Below, piece by piece: positions 1 to 8,725 of a stretch of DNA of 64,000 nt. Position numbers and translations under genes: made by a program. Position 1 is the first letter of the stretch, and each line of letters opens with the position of its first letter. Origin of the DNA: Pseudomonadota bacterium (GTDB lineage Bacteria > Pseudomonadota > Gammaproteobacteria > Steroidobacterales > Steroidobacteraceae); assembly GCA_025355105.1 (NCBI GenBank), contig JANYAE010000128.1, positions 9,850-73,849 of the forward strand. Reading direction: 5' to 3'. The notes beneath the pieces were generated by a model. The model ran no database searches and was not told the origin of the DNA. It saw only the letters and a program-made list of their open reading frames with translations.

Positions 1-212
1 TTACGGTCGCTGATCTGGCGCTGCCGGCGGCGACCAGCAGCGCATCTCCCCTCAACTTGCGTGAAGCGCGCGCCGCCGCCGAGAAGCAGGCGGTCGCTGC
101 CGTCGTCGCCAGCACCGAGGGCAACCTGTCGCGCGCGGCGGAGCTGCTCGGCGTCAGCCGGCCGACGCTCTATGACCTCGTCGAACGGTACAAGATCAAT
201 GTTCCCAAGTAG
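1..212 (+). CDS. 3' end of a sigma-54-dependent (NtrC-family) transcriptional activator. Only the C-terminal Fis-type HTH is in the window. It could be the PrsR-type regulator of an exosortase-type EPS locus.
   Basis: Reading from nt 3 gives ...LNLREARAAAEKQAVAAVVASTEGNLSRAAELLGVSRPTLYDLVERYKINVPK*, ending at TAG 210-212. The GNxSxAAxxLGxSRxTLYxxxxxY pattern is the classic C-terminal HTH of enhancer-binding proteins. Confidence 0.6.
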   Translation, partial: TVADLALPAATSSASPLNLREARAAAEKQAVAAVVASTEGNLSRAAELLGVSRPTLYDLVERYKINVPK

Positions 213-305
213 CCCGCGCAGCAGCCCTCGCGCGGCGTCGGCGCATCAGTCGATGCAGCCGGTGTCGTCACCGATTCGGCGCGCGCCGCGTCGCGGCGGC
301 GCGCG

Positions 306-1466
306 ATGACCGGCCTCATGCTGTGGGTATTCTGGACGTCGGCGCTGATCGCGATCGCGGCCATCGTCGGCTACCCGCTGCTGCTGGCATTGACGGTGCC
401 CTTCGTGCGCCGCGCGCGGGTGATCGACGACGCCGAGCCGCGCGTCGCGCTCGTAATTGCTGCTTTCAACGAGGAGAGCGTGATCGCCGGCAAGCTCGAG
501 AACTCGCTGGAGCTCGACTACCCGCGCGACAAACTGCTGGTCCTGGTGGCCTCTGACGGCTCGACCGATCGCACCGACGACATCGTGCTCGGCTACGCGG
601 GGCAGGGCGTGCGACTCGAGCGCTTCTCGAGAACCGGCAAGACGGGCGTGCAGAACCGAATCGCACTTGCGCTTGACGCCGACGTGCTGGTGTTCTCGGA
701 TGCCAATGCGATGTACGCGAAGGACGCGATCCGCATGCTGGTCCGCAACTTCGCCGATCCGGAGATCGGTGCCGTCTGCGGCGAGCTCGTCTACCGGGCC
801 GACGCGCACGGCTCCGGCGCGTCGGAAAGCGCCTATTGGCGCTACGAACGCTTCGTGAAGCGGCAGGAGAGCGCGCTGTCATCGGCGGTCGGCGCGAACG
901 GGTCCATTTACGCCGTCCGCCGTCGCGACTATGTGCAGATCGATGAGGGCCTGATCAGCGACTTGGTCGAGCCGCTGGCGATCGTCCGCAGCGGCAAGCG
1001 CGTAGTCTACGAACCGGAGGCGGTGTCGATCGAGGACGCGTCGGTCGACTACGGCGTCGAGTACCGCCGCAAGGTGCGGATTCTGACGCGCGCCATTCAC
1101 GGTCTGCTGAGCGTGCGCGAGCTGATGAATCCGCTGCGTTACGGCGTTTTCGCGCTGCAGCTCGTGCTGCACAAGTTCCTGCGCTTCCTGCTGCCGCTGT
1201 TCCTGCTGGGCGCGGCGTTGGCGCTCGCTGCGCTGGCGGTCCTCGGCCGCTACCGTCCCTTGTTCGCGACCTGCGTCATCGCGGTCCTGGCGGCCGTCAT
1301 TCTCGGTGCCCGGGCGGGATCAAGGAAACCATCGCTCGCGGAGCGCCCGTTTCACCTGCTGTACTATTTCCTGCTGGTCAACTACGCGCTGGCGCTCGCG
1401 TGGCTCAACGTCTGGCGCGGGAACCGCGTACGCCTGTGGTCGCCGGAGCGCAAGCGGGCCCCGTGA
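306..1466 (+). CDS. Membrane-embedded family-2 glycosyltransferase with synthase-like topology
   Basis: 386-aa ORF. It has an N-terminal TM helix (LWVFWTSALIAIAAIVGYPLLLAL), GT-A motifs VASDGSTDRT and VFSDANAMY, and several C-terminal TM helices (FALQLVLHKFLRFLLPLFLLGAALALAAL..., LLYYFLLVNYALALAWL). Confidence 0.8.
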   Translation: MTGLMLWVFWTSALIAIAAIVGYPLLLALTVPFVRRARVIDDAEPRVALVIAAFNEESVIAGKLENSLELDYPRDKLLVLVASDGSTDRTDDIVLGYAGQGVRLERFSRTGKTGVQNRIALALDADVLVFSDANAMYAKDAIRMLVRNFADPEIGAVCGELVYRADAHGSGASESAYWRYERFVKRQESALSSAVGANGSIYAVRRRDYVQIDEGLISDLVEPLAIVRSGKRVVYEPEAVSIEDASVDYGVEYRRKVRILTRAIHGLLSVRELMNPLRYGVFALQLVLHKFLRFLLPLFLLGAALALAALAVLGRYRPLFATCVIAVLAAVILGARAGSRKPSLAERPFHLLYYFLLVNYALALAWLNVWRGNRVRLWSPERKRAP

Positions 1467-1659
1467 GCGTCGGCCGGTCGGCGGCTGGTGTCAGGCGGTG
1501 CCGTTGGGTGTGGGAGCCGCGGGAAATGCGTGACGGCTGCACGCGGCTGCCACGGGCATTTGCTATATGTTGCGTTTTCGCGTCAGCCGTCGCGGCGGAC
1601 GCGGTACGCACCGAAGTGTTGCAGGGCGCGCACGATCGTGACGACGTAGGGAACGCAAA

Positions 1660-2520
1660 GTGACGGCAATGGATCCGCAGAAGACCGAGATCGCGCGCTT
1701 CTTCGACAAGGACTCCGCCGAGTACTTGAAGCACAAGTACACGAAGGGCGGCAATTCCTACATGGCATTGCGCCGCGTCAAGGCGGCGGAGTTGCTCGCC
1801 CGCTTCGTGGCGCCGGGGTTCGCGACGAATTTCCGCTTTCTGGACTGCGGCTGCGGTCCCGGCATCCTGCTCGACGTGCTCGCCCGCTACCCCATTCGAT
1901 ACTCAGGCGTCGACATATCCATCGAGATGCTCAAGCTCGCCGCGCGGCAACCCGAGGATGGGCGTTGCGAGCTGCTTGAGAAGAATCTCCTGCGCTGCGA
2001 CGTCGAAAGGCTGCCGTTCGCGAGCGGGACCTTCGATGCTGCCGCGAGCCTGGGCGTCATCGAGTACCTGAACGGCGACGACCGTCTGGTGTCGGAGATG
2101 GCACGAGTCGTCCGCCCCGGCGGCCACGTGCTGATCGCGGTGACCAATCGCGCCTCCTACAACCTGCTGTTCGAACGGCCTCTCAACTGGATGCGGCGCA
2201 ATCGGGCGACCGTGTGGTTGTTGAATCGTGCCAAGCTTGCGCTCGGCCTCGGCGAGTTCCGGCGTGCTGAATTCGACAAACGGCGGCACCTGCCGCGGGC
2301 GTTCCTCGCGACGCTACGGGGCCACCAGCTCGAGGTTGTGGCATCCGCTTCATGGGGGTTCAATTTCCTGCCGCATCCGTTCCAGCACCTGTGCGCGGGC
2401 CGCCTCAACGACGCGGCGAACGCGGCCTACGAGCGCAGCCGCAGCGAATTCGTCCGTGGGCTCGGCGAGGGCTATATGGTCCTGTGCCGCAAAGCCGGCG
2501 CGCCGGGGAGCTCCGCGTGA
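1660..2520 (+). CDS. Class I SAM-dependent methyltransferase
   Basis: 286-aa ORF with SAM motif I (FLDCGCGPGILLDVL) and VRPGGHVLIAVTN. AGGG lies about 9 nt upstream of GTG 1660; ATG 1669 is an alternative start. Confidence 0.8.
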   Translation: MTAMDPQKTEIARFFDKDSAEYLKHKYTKGGNSYMALRRVKAAELLARFVAPGFATNFRFLDCGCGPGILLDVLARYPIRYSGVDISIEMLKLAARQPEDGRCELLEKNLLRCDVERLPFASGTFDAAASLGVIEYLNGDDRLVSEMARVVRPGGHVLIAVTNRASYNLLFERPLNWMRRNRATVWLLNRAKLALGLGEFRRAEFDKRRHLPRAFLATLRGHQLEVVASASWGFNFLPHPFQHLCAGRLNDAANAAYERSRSEFVRGLGEGYMVLCRKAGAPGSSA

Positions 2521-2569
2521 CCGGAGTCGCGGGCCGGACGCTCGGCAGCGGGCGCGCGGGTCAGTTGAC

Positions 2570-3847
2570 GTGACGGTGGCGGCCGATCAGCCGACGGCCG
2601 TGCCGTCGCACGAGCGGCAGCCGGGCGCCGCGCGGCGCGGGACCATCCTGCACGTCTTTGATCATTCGCTGCCCAAGGCCGACGGCTACGCGTACCGCTC
2701 GGCTGAGATCATCCGCTTTCAGCGCCGCGCCGGCTGGCACACCGTCCACGTCACCTCGGCGAAGCACGGGCCAGCGCCGCAAGCAGCGGAAACGGCCAGC
2801 GGACTCGAGTTCCACCGCACGCAACCCGGCTGGCTGCGCCGGTTTCCCGTGCTCAACCAGTGGGATGTCGTCACGACGCTGCGGGCGCGTCTCGAGGGGC
2901 TCGTGGCGCGAGAACGCCCGGACCTGGTGCACGTTCATTCGCCATGCCTGAATGGGCTCGCGGCTCTGCCGGTGGCCCGGCGGCTGCGCATCCCGCTGGT
3001 CTACGAGGTGCGCGCGCTGTGGGAGGACGGAGCAGTCGACAGCGGAGTGATTCGCGAGGGTGACCTGCGCTACCGCGTATCGCGCGTGCTCGAGGCCTAC
3101 GTGTGCCGCCGCGCCACGCAGATCGTGACGCTGTGCGAGGGCTTGCGCGCCGACCTGTTGGGTCGCGGCCTGGCCGACGAGCGGATCACGCTGGTGCCGA
3201 GTTCGGTCGATCTCGACCGATTTCTACGCACCGGCTCGCGGAGCGAGGCGCTGGCCGAGTCGCTGGGCCTGCAAGCCGGCAAGACGCTCGGCTTCATCGG
3301 CACGTTCTTCCCTTATGAGGGCCTGGAACTACTGGTCCGCGCGATGCCACGGATCCTGGCGGGCGAGCCGCGCACGCGCCTCCTGCTCGTCGGTGACGGC
3401 CAGGAGAGCGGACGTCTGAAAGGCCTGGTCGCCGAACTCGGCGTCGGCGACGCGGTCGTGTTCACCGGCAGGGTGCCGCACGCGGACGTGGCGAGCTACT
3501 ACGACCTCGTCGACATCCTCGTCTATCCGCGCGTATCGAAGCGCGTGACCGAGGTCGTGACGCCCCTCAAGCCGCTCGAGGCGATGGCCCAGGGCAAGGT
3601 CGTGCTGGCCTCCGACGTCGGTGGCCACCGCGAGATGGTCTTTCCAGGCCAGAACGGCGTGCTGTTCCGGGCCGGTGACCCGCGGGCATTGGCAATCGAG
3701 GCGCTGCAGTTGCTGGCGCGCCCGCAGGACTGGCCGCGACTGGGGGAGAACGGCAAAGCCTACGTGCGCACCGAGCGTGGCTGGGACCGCAATGTCGAAA
3801 TCTACAGCCGGCTCTACGAGCGCCTGCTCGCCGCCACCCCGAGGTAG
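2570..3847 (+). CDS. GT4 (GT-B fold) glycosyltransferase, paralog of 19039-20265. It resembles the exosortase-A-locus-associated GT family.
   Basis: The ORF is open from 2228, but its first ~110 codons overlap the methyltransferase and are Arg/Ser-rich junk. The conserved N-terminus ILHVFDHSLPKADGYAYRS follows GTG 2570/2576. The C-terminal GT1 motif is VYPRVSKRVTEVVTPLKPLEAMAQGKVVLASDVGGHREMV. The start is uncertain by about +/-30 nt. Confidence 0.8.
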   Translation: MTVAADQPTAVPSHERQPGAARRGTILHVFDHSLPKADGYAYRSAEIIRFQRRAGWHTVHVTSAKHGPAPQAAETASGLEFHRTQPGWLRRFPVLNQWDVVTTLRARLEGLVARERPDLVHVHSPCLNGLAALPVARRLRIPLVYEVRALWEDGAVDSGVIREGDLRYRVSRVLEAYVCRRATQIVTLCEGLRADLLGRGLADERITLVPSSVDLDRFLRTGSRSEALAESLGLQAGKTLGFIGTFFPYEGLELLVRAMPRILAGEPRTRLLLVGDGQESGRLKGLVAELGVGDAVVFTGRVPHADVASYYDLVDILVYPRVSKRVTEVVTPLKPLEAMAQGKVVLASDVGGHREMVFPGQNGVLFRAGDPRALAIEALQLLARPQDWPRLGENGKAYVRTERGWDRNVEIYSRLYERLLAATPR

Positions 3848-3887
3848 CGACCGGAATGCGTCCGGCACGCTGGCCGGCCACGGTCGC
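3847..3887. terminator. Nested GC-rich stem-loop between convergent genes (candidate bidirectional terminator)
   Basis: GCGACCG (3847-3853) pairs with CGGTCGC (3881-3887). An inner CCGGC (3862-3866) pairs with GCCGG (3873-3877). There is no U-tract. Confidence 0.3.
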
Positions 3888-3891
3888 GCGA

Positions 3892-5295
3892 CTACTGCAC
3901 GGTAACGGCAGGCGAGGTCGGACGGCTGCCGAACTGCACTGCGCCGATGTCGAACGGCGTAGTCGTTGAGCGCGTGAAGCCGTCGAAGTCGATGGTCACC
4001 ACCGACAAGCTGGTGCCCTTGCCGACCAGCGTCGAGCCCGCGGCCGGCGTCAGGAAGGTAGACGTACTCTGGTCGACCGACGAGAAACTCGCAGCCGCGA
4101 TGGTCTGGTTCGAGCTGCCGCAGCTGACACCGCTCGCGCAGGCGTTGAAGCTGCCGAGGGAGGCGTTGCCGGGAAACGCGGTCTTCTTGTTTCCGTTGGC
4201 GTCATTGCCCGCGGCGTACAGGGCGTTATTGCGGAAATCGCCGGGCACCTTGCTGTCGAACGCGTAGTCCGCGAAAGCGGCGCTCGAGTACGCGCCCGTT
4301 GGCTTCCCACCCATGCCCCAGTTGTAGCAGGTGTTGTTATAGATCTGCGTGCTGGTCGGATTGTCCCACGTGCGAACGCAGCCTTCGCCGGTGTCCCAGA
4401 TGATGTTGTTGGCAATCCGCAGCGTACCGGACCAGCTGCCGCCCGACGAAGCGAGCGTGATGGCGCTGCGGCAGCCCCAGCCTGCGTTACAGGTGCCCTT
4501 ACCGACGTTGTGGAACACGTTGCCCTCGATGAACGTGTCCGTGAAGGTCTGGAACAGCCGGAATTCGATCGCCTCGCCCGGCGTGTCGCGGAAGACGTTG
4601 TACTGCACGTACAGCCCAGTCGATCCGCCGTAGTTCGACGCGCCGCTGAAGTACAGATGATGCTGGTTGGATGCGTCGCTCGCGCCCGTCGCGTAGAACT
4701 CGTTGCTGATGAAGCGCAGGTTCGTGAACACCCCCCACTGCGAGACCCACTCACCCTGACCCGTGACCTGCCACTGCGTGCGGTAAAACGTAATGTTGGC
4801 GTGCAGTCCCGACTGCGCGTTGAAGTACACGACCGGATCGAACTGACCGCCGCTGTTGTTCAGGAATTTGATCCGGAGGTTCGGCCCGCCGTCCCAGATG
4901 ACGTTCTGGTGACGCGTCGTCCAGTTGTTGCGGCCGGTGATGGTGGCCTGCGTGGCGTCATCCCATGGCCTGACGACAACTTCGTTGCCTGCGGAACCGT
5001 ACAGCGACAGGTCGCCGATCGAGCCGGAGCCTCGAATGTAGATGTAGGCCGGACCGCCGGTCGTGCCGGGCTTGCCGACCACCGATCCAATCGAGCAAGG
5101 ACTGGTCTTCGAGCAGGCGGTACCCGAGCCGCTCGACAGATCGACCCAATACTTGTTGGTTACCGTCGCCTCGACGGGTTCCGCCACGACGGCTGCGAAT
5201 GGCTTCTGGTACGCGAGCGGATCGAGCCAGTTGACGCTGGCGGCGTTGGCGACGGCTGGCAGCAGCAGCAGCAGCGTGCAGTAGATCTGGCGCAT
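3892..5295 (-). CDS. Secreted right-handed parallel beta-helix protein (candidate polysaccharide lyase/hydrolase/epimerase)
   Basis: 467-aa ORF. GAGGA lies 9 nt upstream of the ATG. The Sec signal peptide is MRQIYCTLLLLLPAVANA/AS. Beta-helix turns recur (NITFYRTQW, NLRFISNEF, QYNVFRD, IEGNVFHN, IANNIIWD, IYNNTCYN), and the sequence is Gly/Asn/Ser/Thr-rich. Confidence 0.7.
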   Translation of the reverse strand: MRQIYCTLLLLLPAVANAASVNWLDPLAYQKPFAAVVAEPVEATVTNKYWVDLSSGSGTACSKTSPCSIGSVVGKPGTTGGPAYIYIRGSGSIGDLSLYGSAGNEVVVRPWDDATQATITGRNNWTTRHQNVIWDGGPNLRIKFLNNSGGQFDPVVYFNAQSGLHANITFYRTQWQVTGQGEWVSQWGVFTNLRFISNEFYATGASDASNQHHLYFSGASNYGGSTGLYVQYNVFRDTPGEAIEFRLFQTFTDTFIEGNVFHNVGKGTCNAGWGCRSAITLASSGGSWSGTLRIANNIIWDTGEGCVRTWDNPTSTQIYNNTCYNWGMGGKPTGAYSSAAFADYAFDSKVPGDFRNNALYAAGNDANGNKKTAFPGNASLGSFNACASGVSCGSSNQTIAAASFSSVDQSTSTFLTPAAGSTLVGKGTSLSVVTIDFDGFTRSTTTPFDIGAVQFGSRPTSPAVTVQ

Positions 5296-5567
5296 TGGTC
5301 GGTCCTCGGAAAGTCAAACCAGCTCGAGGTACGCGGCGCACTCTCGGGCGTGAACGGGGGGTCCTGCGGCCGGCGGCTTCGGCTTGTCTTGCTGCGCAGC
5401 GCCGCCGGCACGTCGCCGAAGGCCAGGTCGGCGGGCCCGCGGCGCGGGCTGTGCCGCGCGCTCCCGCACTCCAGTTGCCGGTGGCCGGGTATGCCGGCGA
5501 ATCATCGCCGTCGACCCGATCGACGACAAGGACTTCGGTTCCAAGACTGTGCGCTACGCCGGAGGTC

Positions 5568-5583
5568 GGCAATAGGGATTGCC
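5568..5583. promoter_or_regulatory. Inverted repeat GGCAAT-N4-ATTGCC in the divergent intergenic region (candidate operator)
   Basis: Perfect 6+6 bp inverted repeat with a 4-bp spacer (GGCAATAGGGATTGCC). It sits in a locally lower-GC patch of the 875-bp gap between the divergent 3892-5295 (-) and 6171-7346 (+) genes. Confidence 0.2.
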
Positions 5584-6170
5584 GTCTGGAAACCGCGACA
5601 GCCGGGATGCTCGGCCTGCGTGGGCGCCAGCCGGCTGGAACGCGAGCGCCCGGTCGTCGGCCGGACAGCAGGGCCCTTGCGGCTGCCCCTTACGCTCGGT
5701 GGCCGGTGCGCGCGGCGCCGTCGATGACGCCATAGCCGGCGTGAGCTCCGCCGTCAAGCGCTCGTATCCACTCCTCGCGAACCGTGCCGGCGCGACCGGG
5801 GCCGTCGGAAATCCGCGACAGGTTACCGCTACCGGGCGTCGATTCTCGGGCATCCTTTGCGGCTGTATGCGGCCAGGCCGTGCGGCCGCTGCAAGCGTCT
5901 GTGCGGCGGCGGGCGCCACTGGATGGCGCGCTCGCCGGGCGCAACAGCGGGCAGGTCGCTGCCGGGGGTTCCCACGGGCCGGGCCGCGCGCGGTTTAACA
6001 TATCGAAGGAGCATCCCCGGCGCGATCGCAAGCGCGGGGCCGAACGGAGTCAGAGCAGAGGCCGCCGCCACCGGATCGCAGATCCGGCCCCTTACTAAGA
6101 AACCTATGGAACGAGCACACCCCTCGGTTCGGAGCATCCCGGTCGCGTCTCGTGCGTCGGAGCATGCCGG

Positions 6171-7346
6171 TTGTCGCGTTGCCGCGGGGCTCTCGTGAGC
6201 CTGCCTCGCCCGGCACTCCGAATCGGCGGCCTGCCGCGGCGCTGCGGGCAGGGGTGCGCGCCGCGTGCGCGGCCGTCGAGCCCGGCACTCGGCCTGGGAT
6301 GGCGGCTCGTGGTCGGCGCGGCGATCGCGCTCCTCGCGGCCGCAGCCTGGGCAAAGCCGGTCGTGATCATCACGATCGACGTCGAGTCGCAAGCGCTCGG
6401 CTTGCCTGCCCAGGTCGATGCGGCCTGCAGCGACGGCTCACGCTGCGGGCTGATGGCGATCAGCCGCTCGCTCGCTCGTCGCGGCTTGGCGGGCACGTTC
6501 TTTCTGAGCGTGTTCGAGCACCGTACCTGGGGTGAGCCGGCGCTGCGCGACATCGTCGGCCGCCTGCAGGCCGACGGCCATGACGTGGAACTGCATACGC
6601 ATCCGCAGTTCGCGTACGACCCGACACGCAACGAGATGTTCCAGTACCGGCTCGACGAACAGACCGCGATTATCCGCGACGGTGCGGCGCTCCTGTCGCG
6701 CTGGACGGGGCGTCCGGTGGTTGCGCATCGCGCCGGCGACTACGCCGCCGATCCCAACACGCTGCTCGCGCTGCAGCGCAACGGCATCCCGATCGACAGC
6801 TCCTTGCTGGCGGGGCACGCGCACTGTCGCCTGACCGTCCCGCCGCTCAAGCGCAACCTCCCGGCAAGATCCGGCGACGTGATCGAGGTCCCGGTGACGG
6901 TGTTTCTCCAGGCGGAGAGTCCAGCGTGGCTGACGAACCACCTCGCGCCGGTGACGACGCTGCGCAAGATCGATGTCAACTGGCTGGCCGACGAGCGCCA
7001 ATCGCGCGCCGCGATCGATGCCGCCGTATCCGCGGATCTGCCGGTGATCGTGATCTTCCTGCACAGCTTCTCGCTGCTGCGGGCCGACCCTGGAGGCGGA
7101 CCGCCGGTGGCCGACGCCGTCGCACGCGCGAACCTAGACGCGCTGCTCGATGAGATCCAGGCACAGCAGCTACAGGTCGTGTCGGCGCGTGACATCGCCG
7201 CTCACGGCGCGACGCTCATACGCAGCGATGCGCCGGACCTCACACCGACGTTGCGCCGCGAGACCGGCATGCTCCGCTACCTGTGGCATCGCCTGCACGG
7301 CCCAGGCCAACCGCCGGACGCCGGGTCTGCGGGAGTCGCGCGGTGA
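6171..7346 (+). CDS. Polysaccharide deacetylase (CE4 / NodB-homology) family protein, exported
   Basis: Hydrophobic signal/anchor segment WRLVVGAAIALLAAAAWAKP. CE4 motifs are TIDVES (motif 1), HDVELHTHP (His-His metal motif) and VAHRAGDY (motif 3). The start is uncertain (TTG 6171 or GTG 6195). Confidence 0.75.
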   Translation: MSRCRGALVSLPRPALRIGGLPRRCGQGCAPRARPSSPALGLGWRLVVGAAIALLAAAAWAKPVVIITIDVESQALGLPAQVDAACSDGSRCGLMAISRSLARRGLAGTFFLSVFEHRTWGEPALRDIVGRLQADGHDVELHTHPQFAYDPTRNEMFQYRLDEQTAIIRDGAALLSRWTGRPVVAHRAGDYAADPNTLLALQRNGIPIDSSLLAGHAHCRLTVPPLKRNLPARSGDVIEVPVTVFLQAESPAWLTNHLAPVTTLRKIDVNWLADERQSRAAIDAAVSADLPVIVIFLHSFSLLRADPGGGPPVADAVARANLDALLDEIQAQQLQVVSARDIAAHGATLIRSDAPDLTPTLRRETGMLRYLWHRLHGPGQPPDAGSAGVAR

Positions 7347-8725
7347 GAGAAGTGCTCAGCCCGTTGCTGCTCTTGCAGCGGTTCTACGTCCCGATCGTAC
7401 TGCTGCTGCTCGTGTGGGCGACCTGGCGCACCGTGGTCCGCAAGGATATGGCGGTCGGGCTTGCGCTCTATTTCGGCCTGGTGATCGTCGTCGACGGCTT
7501 CCTGAACACCGGGATCCACATACCCGGGCTCGACAAGGGCAGCATCCGTTACTCCGAGGTGTGCGGCGTGGTGCTGCTGTTTCTGCGTCCCGCCGCCGTT
7601 CCGGCCGGCGGGCTGCGGCGGGCCATCGGCTGGCTCGTCGTGATCTACTTCGGCCTGCTGCTGCTGTCGGTGTTTCGCAGCGCTGACGTGATGAAGGCCG
7701 CATTCGAGTTCCGGACCTTGATCGTGCCGCAGGTGCTCGCACTCTCGATCGCCTCGCGTGGCTTCGCATCCGCCGCCGACTACCAGCGGTTCCTTCGCGG
7801 CGTCGCCGCGCTGGTCCTGCTGATCGCGATCTGGGATCTGTGGGACATCTTCTTCGATACCGCACTGCTGCACAGCGACATGCTGTTCGACAGCGAGTAC
7901 TCGACCAATCACAACCAAGGCCGCTACGGCAGCATCTTCCTGAATCCGAACTTCCTCGGCGCCTTCGCGGTGCTGATGTTCCCGATCGTGTTCGTCGCCG
8001 CGGCCAATGAGTCCACGCTGCGCTTTCGGCTGCTGCTCTGGGGCGCCCTGCTGGCGCTGGTCTTCTGCCTGGTGGAGACGCAGTCACGCGCGCCGATGCT
8101 GGCATTCGCCGTGATGGTCCCGCTGCTGGTATTCGGACCGTGCGGCGGGATCTCGCGCGGCCGCAGACTGGGCTTCCTCGTCGCCTTCGCGCTGGTGTTC
8201 ACGCTCTTCATGCCAGGGTTCATCGAGCACGCGATTCAACGCTTCGAGGATCCATCGCTGGGTGTCGAAACCGGAACCGTCGAAGCGCGTTCCCGCCAGA
8301 GTGTCTGGGTCTACGCCGCCCGCATTGTGGCCGACCACCCGCTGGCCGGCGTCGGATTCGGCGAGCCGCAGTTCGTGAGCACGATGGATGCGTACGGCTT
8401 CCGTGAGCGCTACGGACAGCAGTCGCTCGACAATCCCCACAATTCCTATCTGCAGATGTCGGTGTACGCCGGCATCCCGGCGCTCGCGGCATTCGCGCTG
8501 GCCAACCTGATCCTGCTCGCCCGTGCATCGCGCTTTGCGGTCACGAGCGGCGAGTCGTCGGCGACGCCGTTGATCTTCGGCACCGGCGTCGGCGTCACCG
8601 CGTTTCTGGCGGCAATCTACCCGGACATGCACATGTTCACGCGCTCGGTCGCGCCGGTCTATTGGGGACTTTTTGGCCTGCTGCTCGCGATGACGACGCG
8701 CAACGAACCGGTGAAGCGAAAGTGA
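7343..8725 (+). CDS. O-antigen ligase / Wzy-like polytopic membrane protein (candidate polymerase; resembles the exosortase-A-associated O-antigen-ligase-like family)
   Basis: GTG 7343 overlaps the upstream TGA (GTGA). There are about 10-12 TM helices, a Wzy_C-type loop (LVETQSRAPMLAFAV), and a periplasmic loop with HNSYLQM. Confidence 0.75.
   Translation: MREVLSPLLLLQRFYVPIVLLLLVWATWRTVVRKDMAVGLALYFGLVIVVDGFLNTGIHIPGLDKGSIRYSEVCGVVLLFLRPAAVPAGGLRRAIGWLVVIYFGLLLLSVFRSADVMKAAFEFRTLIVPQVLALSIASRGFASAADYQRFLRGVAALVLLIAIWDLWDIFFDTALLHSDMLFDSEYSTNHNQGRYGSIFLNPNFLGAFAVLMFPIVFVAAANESTLRFRLLLWGALLALVFCLVETQSRAPMLAFAVMVPLLVFGPCGGISRGRRLGFLVAFALVFTLFMPGFIEHAIQRFEDPSLGVETGTVEARSRQSVWVYAARIVADHPLAGVGFGEPQFVSTMDAYGFRERYGQQSLDNPHNSYLQMSVYAGIPALAAFALANLILLARASRFAVTSGESSATPLIFGTGVGVTAFLAAIYPDMHMFTRSVAPVYWGLFGLLLAMTTRNEPVKRK

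Noticed and set aside
2228-2569. N-terminal extensions suggested by the ORF track. Examples: 2228 for the GT4, 11538 for the GT2, 14355 for asnB copy 2, 40275 for the Gfo/Idh/MocA gene, 41330 for the epimerase, 9345 for the CE4-like gene, 22579 for the kinase, 54163 and 54895.
   Set aside because: The extensions overlap the 3' ends of well-supported upstream genes and translate to Arg/Pro/Ser-rich junk. Conserved N-termini (MCGICG, Rossmann GxGxxG, signal peptides) begin at internal starts that form GTGA/ATGA overlaps or have SD sequences.
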